From: an uncultured Candidatus Saccharibacteria bacterium
Lineage (GTDB): Bacteria > Patescibacteriota > Minisyncoccia > Minisyncoccales > UBA10102
Length of the DNA: 53,596 nt
NCBI GenBank assembly: GCA_964359655.1
Contig: CAYHVI010000004.1
Coordinates: 1-53,596 of the forward strand
Direction: 5' to 3'
Translations under genes and position numbers: made by a program
Shown here: positions 19,553 to 29,430 of the stretch, piece after piece
How positions within the stretch are numbered: the first letter of the stretch is position 1
How the letters are laid out: every line of letters starts with the position of its first letter
The notes under the pieces: generated by a model
What the model was told of the DNA's origin: nothing
Databases searched by the model: none
What the model saw: the letters and a program-made list of their open reading frames with translations, nothing else

Positions 19553-20104
19553 TTATAAATGGAAAAATGCTTTCACAAGTGCGTCATCTTCAATTTTGCT
19601 CACTTCCAAAATCTTCAACTGTCGCAAAGTCAAATTGAAAAATTCTCGTAAAAGTTTCACCTCCTTTTCACAAGGATATGGAAAAACCCAAATACTTTTT
19701 TGAAGCTGGTAAAACCCAAGTTCTTTTAGCTTCCCTCGAAATGCATCACGCTTAATACGTGCCTTTTCTGGGATATCAAAAATGATAAGACGCCATTTTT
19801 GATCCCATCTTTTTAGAGTATCAATCTGCAATTTGTTAATTTGAAATTTTCCAGCTTCTTTTTCTCCTTCCAAGGTTAAGCGAATATAGATCTGCCTACC
19901 TTCTTTTTCAACATATAAAAGTTTCTTTCGCCGCAAATATGAGAAAGCATCCCGTACCTTTGATTCTTGAAAACCTAACGAACAAAACTTCCCCGTGTAC
20001 ACCTTTGTCCAAAAGTAAGGAGATTGGGCAACAAAAACAAATGCGCCTACTTTGAGAAGCGAACGCAGAATCTCTTGCGAGGCCGTTCCTTTGATGCGCG
20101 CCAT
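19553..20104 (-). CDS. PaaX-like wHTH regulator with Cas2/VapD-like ferredoxin-fold segment
   Basis: 183 aa. RWRLIIFDIPEKARIKRDAFRGKLKELGFYQLQKSIWVFPY resembles the Cas2-like core seen in PaaX-type proteins. It is flanked by related palindromes. Confidence 0.5.
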   Translation of the reverse strand: MARIKGTASQEILRSLLKVGAFVFVAQSPYFWTKVYTGKFCSLGFQESKVRDAFSYLRRKKLLYVEKEGRQIYIRLTLEGEKEAGKFQINKLQIDTLKRWDQKWRLIIFDIPEKARIKRDAFRGKLKELGFYQLQKSIWVFPYPCEKEVKLLREFFNLTLRQLKILEVSKIEDDALVKAFFHL

Positions 20105-20153
20105 AGAATATTCTTACTATACCATACTGAATCGAAAAAACTATCGGAAAACT

Positions 20154-20189
20154 AATGTAAAATACATGCGGTCGCATGTATTTTACATT
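20154..20189. repeat. perfect 16+4+16 palindrome aatgtaaaatacatgc-ggtc-gcatgtattttacatt
   Basis: I checked the arms by reverse complement. It lies between the ligA stop and the PaaX-like gene start. Confidence 0.9.
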
Positions 20190-20245
20190 AATTAACGCAC
20201 ACTTATACTATACTCTCTCAATCATTACCCTCTCATTATATCATC

Positions 20246-22270
<2,025 letters not shown>

Positions 22271-22714
22271 CTATCTTGCAATCTGAACTTTTCGAATAGA
22301 CTCTTCAGGACTCCCAGGTCCCTGAAATCGTCCTTTCGATTCTACACAATAGTTGTCTCCCGGACAAACGGGATCGCCAGTACCCGGCTTTAACTCAAGC
22401 AGATACTTGGAGTTGTTTGGAAGCGTCTCTGGTGTTGTAGTTGGCGCATAAGCCTCCACGCAATTAAACAAATCCGTAGTTGCATCCGGTTCAATAGCAT
22501 TGCATGAAACTTTGTCCACATACAGCCCGCGTTCGACACCTGCGTCCGCTGCCCCAAACGCAAACACCGAGTCTCCAAGCCCGCGCAGCGAGCGAAGTTC
22601 AACCACAATGAACTCGCTCACGCCCAAACCAATAGCAAGCAGCACGAGCATAAGCATTACGGCTAAAAACAGCATCGAGCCTTTTTCTTGTTGTTTTGAA
22701 TTATTGCTGTACAT
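22271..22714 (-). CDS. PilX-like minor pilin/pseudopilin
   Basis: Start trimmed to the ATG at 22714, which gives a 14-nt overlap with the upstream gene. The PilX_N-like hydrophobic N-terminus reads KGSMLFLAVMLMLVLLAIGLG. Confidence 0.45.
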   Translation of the reverse strand: MYSNNSKQQEKGSMLFLAVMLMLVLLAIGLGVSEFIVVELRSLRGLGDSVFAFGAADAGVERGLYVDKVSCNAIEPDATTDLFNCVEAYAPTTTPETLPNNSKYLLELKPGTGDPVCPGDNYCVESKGRFQGPGSPEESIRKVQIAR

Positions 22715-23309
22715 CGAAGTTACGTTGAGATATCGTTGTTTGAATGCGAATGGTTGCATTCGACCCTTCCCCTTCTGCCTCAATGACAAAGGTAATACGT
22801 GGTTGCTCATTGTCTGGAGTTATACTATCTCCTTGATACGCACCTCGCTGTACTACACGAAAATTTGTAACTTTCATTGAAGATGGGGTAAGAGGTTGTG
22901 TGGTTCCAAAATTTGCAGCGTCATGACTGTCGGGACTGGTTGCTACCTGTTCTACAATTTGGTTGGCGCTCAAGGAAAATTTTCTGCAGAAACCTTGCTT
23001 GTCGAGAAATGCAATCGAATCGTTCCCTACTGATACCTCGTAGTTCCACCCCCTTCCGACATTCGCCAAACATTGTTGAGAAGATCGAAGTTCTTTCGTC
23101 GCCTGGCGCAAAGCTCTTCCCGTATATTCTGCCACATACGAAAGCTGATTGGTACTCTTCTGTATAGAAAGCGTGTTGCGTTGGGCAGAAAAAGCAGAAA
23201 CAAATAAGTTAAACGCAGCTCCTCCCAAAAGCCCAAGCAATGCCAAAACCACCACTATTTCGACTAAGGTGAAGCCGCTACATTTGACATTTGACATTTG
23301 ACTTGGCAT
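22701..23309 (-). CDS. prepilin-type N-terminal cleavage/methylation protein (PilW/GspJ-like minor pilin)
   Basis: The leader MPSQMSNVKCSG is followed by FTLVEIVVVLALLGLL, the class III signal peptide motif G|FTLxE. Confidence 0.6.
   Translation of the reverse strand: MPSQMSNVKCSGFTLVEIVVVLALLGLLGGAAFNLFVSAFSAQRNTLSIQKSTNQLSYVAEYTGRALRQATKELRSSQQCLANVGRGWNYEVSVGNDSIAFLDKQGFCRKFSLSANQIVEQVATSPDSHDAANFGTTQPLTPSSMKVTNFRVVQRGAYQGDSITPDNEQPRITFVIEAEGEGSNATIRIQTTISQRNFDVQQ
23281..23301. repeat. heptanucleotide tandem repeat (catttga x3) in a minor-pilin leader
   Basis: Three perfect copies. It encodes the SQMSNVK part of the leader MPSQMSNVKCSG. Confidence 0.95.
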
Positions 23310-23313
23310 ACAA

Positions 23314-24159
23314 TTACGAACTTGCGATCGTAAACTCGATTTTAAAATCGTTCACGCTTGTGTTGTAAAAATCTCCCTGGCAACGTACGTGATACGTATG
23401 AATTCCGGGCCCCAAACCGCTTACGCCTACAGAATGCGATGTTCGAGGTACATCGGGCGTAAAGTTGTTCGTCATTGCGGTATATCTTATGCCGGCGGTT
23501 GTGGAATATCTGCATACTGCTCCTTGATCGGTTTGGAGAGATAGTGTAGTAGCTGTGGTTCCAGCAGGCAGAGTTCCGCTTGGGTTTCCGTTTGAACGGG
23601 CAGGAGGCGGAAGCGTAAGCCAGTTATACAATTCCGTGGAAGCAACTACACTTCTCCCCTCCCACGAAACCTCTACATTGACCTTAAGTTTATCGGTTTC
23701 GCTGTGATCAATGATAATTTTTCGTTTAAACGGCGTCGCGGTACCGACTCCGTATATGTACATCCCATTTACATCTTTTGAAAGGAAGTTCAACGAACCT
23801 CCTACGGTCGTAAGAGAGGCGTCATCATGGTCTGCTTCGCAGCCGGCAACGCAACCCGTTAAGTCGATAACCGGTGCTGGACTGCCTGAACAGGAAGGCA
23901 CATCAACTCTAACTCCTTTCCATGCATTTGGGTTTTTAATTGGGTCGCACTGGCCCTTGCGAATCGCGAGATAGTTTGCGTCGCGCAAATTGCGCACAAG
24001 CTCAATGCCTTCCTGCGCAAGATACGAAGCCTCCAAATGCTGTCCCACGTCTCCAACTGCGCGCAAATTAAACACCACAAGCGAAAACACGCCTCCCGCC
24101 ACCAAACTAATTACAAATGCCGCCACAATAATCTCCAATAAGGTAAATCCGCGATTCAT
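23314..24159 (-). CDS. PilV-like minor pilin with C-terminal beta-sandwich module
   Basis: MNRG|FTLLEIIVAAFVISL prepilin motif. The C-terminal ~98 aa (AVCRYSTTAGIRYTAM...YHVRCQGD) are homologous to the repeats in 8146..9582. Confidence 0.65.
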   Translation of the reverse strand: MNRGFTLLEIIVAAFVISLVAGGVFSLVVFNLRAVGDVGQHLEASYLAQEGIELVRNLRDANYLAIRKGQCDPIKNPNAWKGVRVDVPSCSGSPAPVIDLTGCVAGCEADHDDASLTTVGGSLNFLSKDVNGMYIYGVGTATPFKRKIIIDHSETDKLKVNVEVSWEGRSVVASTELYNWLTLPPPARSNGNPSGTLPAGTTATTLSLQTDQGAVCRYSTTAGIRYTAMTNNFTPDVPRTSHSVGVSGLGPGIHTYHVRCQGDFYNTSVNDFKIEFTIASS

Positions 24160-24160
24160 A

Positions 24161-24691
24161 TTATTGTATTTCTATTACTCCTCTTGTCGTTATCGTAATG
24201 ATGCGTTCATGATCTCCCAATTTCACAACAATTTCACCTTGTGCGCCCGGAATAGTATCTCCATCTATGTATACTTTCGGGTCAGGCGATTCAAAAAATA
24301 AGTGGAGCGGAGATGGAGTCACGCTTTGAATAAGCGTTCCTTCCGGCGCTGTAATATTTGGCATTTTTTCATCAGGAGGATTTCCATCCCACTCATAGTT
24401 GCCGTTGCAATCCACATAACGCCAGTACACAGAAGAATTGCCCTCAAAATATATCCCATACCCTGGCTTAATGGGATCTCCTGACGCGCACTCATTGTTT
24501 GCGTTGTAAGTGCGCGCGCTTACTGCCCAGTTGAGCGTGCCGCGAATGTCTTGGGCGATTCGCTGCGTAGCTCGATCCAAAGCCAGGCTGTCTTGCGCAG
24601 AACGCCAAGACACCATCGTTATCCCCGAAATCAAACCAATAATCGCCGCCACCACAATAAGCTCGACAAGCGTGAAACCAGCATTCTTCAT
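24161..24691 (-). CDS. GspH/FimT-like minor pilin
   Basis: MKNAG|FTLVELIVVAAIIGLISG prepilin motif. The following LALDRATQRIAQDIR is GspH-like. Confidence 0.6.
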   Translation of the reverse strand: MKNAGFTLVELIVVAAIIGLISGITMVSWRSAQDSLALDRATQRIAQDIRGTLNWAVSARTYNANNECASGDPIKPGYGIYFEGNSSVYWRYVDCNGNYEWDGNPPDEKMPNITAPEGTLIQSVTPSPLHLFFESPDPKVYIDGDTIPGAQGEIVVKLGDHERIITITTRGVIEIQ

Positions 24692-24695
24692 ACAC

Positions 24696-27600
24696 CTAGA
24701 AAGGTGAAATTTCTTTCCACCCTGGAAATGGAATATAAATATCTAAAGATTTTTCTTTCTCGCAGAACTCTCCCAGCAAAGGATCGGTAACCCGCAGATA
24801 CACTCTATTTCCAGAAACAGGAGCAGAATACGTATAATTGCATTCAGTAGCAGTGCAATCAATTTCTGTGGCACCGTAACTCCCATCATACTTGAAATCC
24901 CACTCATAGTCATAAGGAGGACTGGTACACGAACCCGGACCACCTCCGCAATCTGACTTATCTTTGAAGTGCACAACCTCATTTTGCGTTGGATTCGCTG
25001 GGGTATAACTAAAATCAAGAACAGGGGGCAGAGGAGGCGTGGTAAAGGATTCTGGATCGCTTTGTTTCCACCAATTAGACCACTGCGACAAAAGCCCGGG
25101 ATTATCTTTTACGCGCACCGACCAATAATAGGTTGTATTATACGATAAGTTTAAGAGATCGTGAATACAATTTTCGAACTCACCCGTTGCAGGATTAAAG
25201 TTTGCGTCGCAGCTCATCAAAATAGCAGAATCGCAAGTTCCGTAGGCTTGGGCATCGTCCACAGGACCTGCTTTTGAAGGATTATTAGAGTTTACGCCTT
25301 CAGTACAACTATTTTGATCTGGGGTAGTAAAAAGATTGGTAAATGCTCCTTGCTGAACTACGACTTGATATGCATCTGGTTTATCTCCAAAATCAGTTTC
25401 CTCAACATTCCAATGTAATTGAACGGGCGGACTTACAAAACCGCAAGCCATAGCACCCGCAGGAAATGTAAAGTTTACAGGGTTTCTTACCTTTGGCTCT
25501 TCGTTAAATATGACACGGGCATTATCGAAATTGATAGAAGTTCCCACAACAGGACATCCTCTTTCAGGACTTCCATCGGAGACATTATCTCTGTTGGTAT
25601 CACACCACTCTACATGGCTAAAACTAATCCATCCAATTCCAATACCTCCCCATCCCCATCCTTGCAATTCTCCTGTTCCTTTATGCCATAAAACTCCAAA
25701 TGGCCTATAACCGCCACTTTCCTTGATATTCTGAATATCTTCAGCAGTAAGCGCCCTGTCATAAGCTCGAACTTCGTCAATCACTCTTCCCGAAAGAGGA
25801 TCGGGAGAAAGTCCACCATATCCCCCAACAAGAAATTTATTCAATGCAGTGTTGAGTACAGCTCCTGTTCCGATTGTACAAGGGGAACCACTACATAGTT
25901 TATTTAAACCCTTTCTTTCAGTTGCATTAATATATACCTTGACTTCGGTTGATTCTATAAATCCATCGCCATCGCCGCCATTTACAACAGCATCATTAGC
26001 TGGAACCACCACCGCAAGGTGAAACCATCTAGAAGATACAGGACCTGCATTTACAACTACGCTTCCTGGAAAAGTATAGTGAATCGTCGCACCTCCTCCA
26101 GAGTAAAATACAAGATAGTTTGTGCCGCTGATATTCTCGACTCGGAAACTAAAATCTTGACCAAGCGCATCCTGCCCATCTGCACCATACTCATCTGGAA
26201 GGGTTCCCTGGCTGAAAATTTTCCCAGGCAACTTTTCTGCTTTTACCCAGGCAGTAAAAGATCGTGCATGAGTTCCTGTAATGTTAGGGAGCGTAACCTC
26301 CATACGCTCTTGGTGACCGGCTTCGTGATGAAAACGAACCGCTCCAGGATTAGATCCAAAGTTGTCTGCAATCCAGTTGTCATCACCTATACCGTACAAT
26401 GCTGCATGTCTTTGATTTGCGGTCGAGTCAATCACCATCTTTTCACTTCCTGCAGGAATAATTTTTTCGAACTGCCAATGGCCCAACAGATTTGGATCAT
26501 CTGGCTCTGGCAAGGGTTCACTGCATGCAATTCTTCTTTCTGCATGCGCCCCATAATCATCGTAGAAATAATCTACGCCAGGCACACCGGCTGCGCTTCC
26601 TCCTTGCGCTCCTAATCGAAGCCAGGAAATCTGATTGACTCCTAATTCTGCGGTAGTTGTTGTATATTCTAAATTTCCATCAACCCACACTTCCACAAGA
26701 TCATTCGCTAGACCAGTATTTCTTTTCACATGATATTCCATGCAATACCACTGGGTTATGTTAAGATCTAAAGGAGTAGGATTCCAAGAGCCTGCTAAAC
26801 TAACATAAAAACTATTATTTGGATCTCCACTCGTACGTCGAATGCCAAGACTAACGATATTTGCAGTAGCACTTGTTGGCCCATAACTCATAGAACTAAT
26901 ATTGAAGTGATTTGCCTGCGGTACATTGGCATTCAAATTGAACTTGAAGCGCGCATACATCTCATCTGTTGCAACGATATTTTTTCTTAGAAAGGCGTTT
27001 GCGTTTGTTGCTCCCCCAGTAGTCTTCGTATGCAAAATCTTTCCTGCCGCGTCAGGATCTGCAGCAGTTCCCGGGACAATCTCAACGATATTTCCTGAAT
27101 TCACGTTCCCCGTATCGTTATCCCCCCATTTCGAAGTATCTCCTCCCTCAAAAGTATCGCTGAAAAAGTTTTCAGCGTCGCTAATAAACCCCCTCAACGA
27201 TATCCATCCGTCCCAACCTCCGGTTTGATCAGGGGATTTTAAGGGGCCTTCGCAATTATTTGGCACTCCATCTGCAGCATCATCAATAACCGAACACGCT
27301 CTTGCCCAACCGCAAAGCTCATATTTATCCGCATTGGTTTCGCACGGCGGGTCGTTCCCGCCTCCAAGATCAATGGCGGCAGGAACAGGAGCAGTGCCTG
27401 GCGCCTCACCATTCACGGGATCAGGATCCGGATAAGGATCATTAGCGGCAGTTGGATTAAATTTAATCCACCCAACATTGGGAGACCATGCGTATCCGGA
27501 AAAGAAACCAGTGGCTGGATTTACCCTCACTCCATAGTTTTCCAAGGGCACACTTGCATTGTCTCCTCCACAACCTCCCGTCGCATCTATAAAACCATTT

Positions 27601-27770
27601 TTATCAACGTCGCAATAATCTCGTGGATGCATTGCAATCCACCCAACGTTCGACGACCATGCATATCCATGTACTTGCACCTCGTCTTGCGCATTCACCA
27701 AAGAAAATACTCCAAACGATAAAGCGCCGACAAAAAAAATAAAATAATAGTGTATCTTTCTCCAATGCAT
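24696..27770 (-). CDS. 1024-aa secreted adhesin-like protein (GYAWSxNVGWI repeats, ConA/LamG-like domains, C-terminal PKD-like domain)
   Basis: N-terminal signal/TM present. The repeated motif appears as GYAWSSNVGWIAM, GYAWSPNVGWIKF and GWGWGGIGIGWISF. The LamG hallmark is IDEVRAYDRALTAEDIQ. The PKD-like tail reads LDFSYTPANPTQNEVVHFKD...YEWDF. It sits in the minor-pilin operon. Confidence 0.7.
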   Translation of the reverse strand: MHWRKIHYYFIFFVGALSFGVFSLVNAQDEVQVHGYAWSSNVGWIAMHPRDYCDVDKNGFIDATGGCGGDNASVPLENYGVRVNPATGFFSGYAWSPNVGWIKFNPTAANDPYPDPDPVNGEAPGTAPVPAAIDLGGGNDPPCETNADKYELCGWARACSVIDDAADGVPNNCEGPLKSPDQTGGWDGWISLRGFISDAENFFSDTFEGGDTSKWGDNDTGNVNSGNIVEIVPGTAADPDAAGKILHTKTTGGATNANAFLRKNIVATDEMYARFKFNLNANVPQANHFNISSMSYGPTSATANIVSLGIRRTSGDPNNSFYVSLAGSWNPTPLDLNITQWYCMEYHVKRNTGLANDLVEVWVDGNLEYTTTTAELGVNQISWLRLGAQGGSAAGVPGVDYFYDDYGAHAERRIACSEPLPEPDDPNLLGHWQFEKIIPAGSEKMVIDSTANQRHAALYGIGDDNWIADNFGSNPGAVRFHHEAGHQERMEVTLPNITGTHARSFTAWVKAEKLPGKIFSQGTLPDEYGADGQDALGQDFSFRVENISGTNYLVFYSGGGATIHYTFPGSVVVNAGPVSSRWFHLAVVVPANDAVVNGGDGDGFIESTEVKVYINATERKGLNKLCSGSPCTIGTGAVLNTALNKFLVGGYGGLSPDPLSGRVIDEVRAYDRALTAEDIQNIKESGGYRPFGVLWHKGTGELQGWGWGGIGIGWISFSHVEWCDTNRDNVSDGSPERGCPVVGTSINFDNARVIFNEEPKVRNPVNFTFPAGAMACGFVSPPVQLHWNVEETDFGDKPDAYQVVVQQGAFTNLFTTPDQNSCTEGVNSNNPSKAGPVDDAQAYGTCDSAILMSCDANFNPATGEFENCIHDLLNLSYNTTYYWSVRVKDNPGLLSQWSNWWKQSDPESFTTPPLPPVLDFSYTPANPTQNEVVHFKDKSDCGGGPGSCTSPPYDYEWDFKYDGSYGATEIDCTATECNYTYSAPVSGNRVYLRVTDPLLGEFCEKEKSLDIYIPFPGWKEISPF

Positions 27771-27782
27771 GTCTTAGAAGTT

Positions 27783-28181
27783 CTACCTTTTTTTCCAACC
27801 AGTACCCATACAAACCCAGATATCCCCATTCCCGGCAGAAGCAGCAGGATCAACCATTAATCTTCCGCGCTCATCTGCTGCATCACAATCTGCAGCGGGT
27901 GGCGCTCCGGTCACGATCGCAAGCTGAATATATCCCTGCACAGCAACCAAAGCATCGATTGCAACGTTATTATTGTTGAGAGCAAGTCCGCCTCCTTTAA
28001 TCTGCCCAGTATTGCTTGTATTTATGGGGGGCTCTACGTTACCTCCTGGTGGATCAGCCCCAGGCGGTACGAATTGGGCCGTTACAAGGTATCCTGTGAA
28101 TATAAACCCGAGCATGCTCCCTACTATTGCCGATAGCGAAAAGTTCTTAAAAAATTTGAGAAATATGCTTTTTGTGCTCAT
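27783..28181 (-). CDS. small secreted/anchored protein of unknown function
   Basis: 132 aa with an N-terminal hydrophobic anchor and a Pro/Gly-rich segment. It is the first gene of the minor-pilin operon, 12 nt upstream of the giant ORF. Confidence 0.45.
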   Translation of the reverse strand: MSTKSIFLKFFKNFSLSAIVGSMLGFIFTGYLVTAQFVPPGADPPGGNVEPPINTSNTGQIKGGGLALNNNNVAIDALVAVQGYIQLAIVTGAPPAADCDAADERGRLMVDPAASAGNGDIWVCMGTGWKKR

Positions 28182-28198
28182 ATAGTATTTATTATTAA

Positions 28199-28507
28199 TT
28201 ATTGACCAAGACGGTTAAGTAATTGTTGATACTCCTCCCCTGAAAGTTTTGGCTGCGCATGAGGAGGAGCAGAAAGTCGTTTGACAAGCTCTTCTTCCTC
28301 CTCTTCTGTAAGTATCGGCTCTGCATCATCCGGCGCAGAAATTCTTTCGAGGATCAATTCCTCCTTTGTTTTTTGCCTTTCTGTGGGTACGGGTCCAGCA
28401 GATTTTTCAAACCATCCATATTCTCGCGCAAGATAATAACTAACCACAAGAAAAGCTCCAACCAAAATTATCCCAAGAAAAATCTGAAAAAGTTTTTTTG
28501 ATTGCAT
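28199..28507 (-). CDS. small single-TM protein, acidic C-terminus
   Basis: 102 aa with one TM (IFLGIILVGAFLVVSYYL). It has no overlapping better ORF. Confidence 0.4.
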   Translation of the reverse strand: MQSKKLFQIFLGIILVGAFLVVSYYLAREYGWFEKSAGPVPTERQKTKEELILERISAPDDAEPILTEEEEEELVKRLSAPPHAQPKLSGEEYQQLLNRLGQ

Positions 28508-28533
28508 ACCCGGTAGTACAACTTCGAATTATC

Positions 28534-29379
28534 TTACAAGTTACTCAAGTTCAGATACCACTGGACGACTTCGTTTCCCCAAAAGAATGCAACAAAGGTT
28601 CCCGGAATCAGAAAAGGTCCAAACGGAATTTCTGATTTGAACTGTTTTTTCTGCAAAGCAATCAGCCCCACTCCTATTATAGCACCAGCAAAGAATGCAA
28701 CAAAGAGTGCGACCAGAATATTCGGCCAGCCCAAGAATAAACCCATAAAAAACGCGAGTTTCACGTCGCCAAAACCCATTGCCCGGCCACGAGATGCCAA
28801 GAATATTGTGAGGAAAAAGCCTGCTGCCAAAACTCCACTTACAATCCCACTGATCAATGGATCGAAAATTCGAAATTCGAATCCGCCAGCTGGCGGACCA
28901 AACAAACTCCAATTATTCAAATTCAAAACCTCAAAAACTCGATACACAAGAACTATGCCAATCGCGGGAAAGAGCATTTTATCGGGTAAGATATAGTGCC
29001 GAAGATCATAGGCAAACAATACAACCAGAAAGGCAGCAATAATCCAGAGATAGAAAAGTTTAAAAACTTCGATACTTGAAACTTGATTGAGACTCGAGAC
29101 TCGAGACTCGAGAATGAGAAGAAACAGAACTGCAGTAGCCATTTCGACTATTGGGTATTGCCAGGAGATTGGTTTTTTGCAGTATCTGCACTTCCCTCCA
29201 AGCAGAACAAAACTTACCACTGGAACTAAATCGTACCACGCCAGCGTATGTTTGCACTGCGGACAGTAGGAACGTCCCTTCATCGCGCTATCGCCCTGCG
29301 ACAGACGATAAATCACCGCGTTCAGAAAACTTCCAACTGTAAGCCCAAATAGAAAAACAAAAATCGAAACCAAAAACAT
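28534..29379 (-). CDS. pilD: prepilin peptidase (A24 family)
   Basis: 281 aa with N-terminal Cys pairs CPQC...CRYC. Catalytic Asp contexts are FAYDLRHYILPD and GFGDVKL. Confidence 0.92.
   Translation of the reverse strand: MFLVSIFVFLFGLTVGSFLNAVIYRLSQGDSAMKGRSYCPQCKHTLAWYDLVPVVSFVLLGGKCRYCKKPISWQYPIVEMATAVLFLLILESRVSSLNQVSSIEVFKLFYLWIIAAFLVVLFAYDLRHYILPDKMLFPAIGIVLVYRVFEVLNLNNWSLFGPPAGGFEFRIFDPLISGIVSGVLAAGFFLTIFLASRGRAMGFGDVKLAFFMGLFLGWPNILVALFVAFFAGAIIGVGLIALQKKQFKSEIPFGPFLIPGTFVAFFWGNEVVQWYLNLSNL
28863..28884. repeat. 7-8-nt tandem repeat (cgaaaatt cgaaatt cgaatcc) inside pilD
   Basis: It encodes GFEFRIFD. Confidence 0.8.
29074..29111. repeat. period-7 tract (acttgaa acttgat ... gactcga x3) inside pilD
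   Basis: Three perfect gactcga copies at 29091..29111 are preceded by two acttga[a/t] units. It encodes ESRVSSLNQVSS. Confidence 0.9.
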
Positions 29380-29430
29380 TCTCCCATTGTATCCCGAAAC
29401 AACTCTCCAAACAATATAGGCACGACTCGA

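Noticed and set aside
19553-20104. Cas2-like core in the PaaX-like protein as evidence for a CRISPR-Cas locus
   Set aside because: No CRISPR repeats, cas1 or effector genes occur anywhere in the window. The Cas2/VapD-like fold segment is common in PaaX-type regulators of such genomes.
19908-20177. 89-aa minus-strand ORF starting inside the 36-bp palindrome
   Set aside because: It overlaps the 5' part of the PaaX-like gene out of frame, and its start lies within the palindromic non-coding element. It is likely spurious.
22715-22810. N-terminal extensions of track ORFs (22271..22810, 35527..35877, 44360..45190, 48584..49135, 49176..49508)
   Set aside because: The extensions overlap the upstream gene extensively or precede a better ATG that gives a short 1-14-nt junction and a sensible signal or TM N-terminus. 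I trimmed the starts accordingly.
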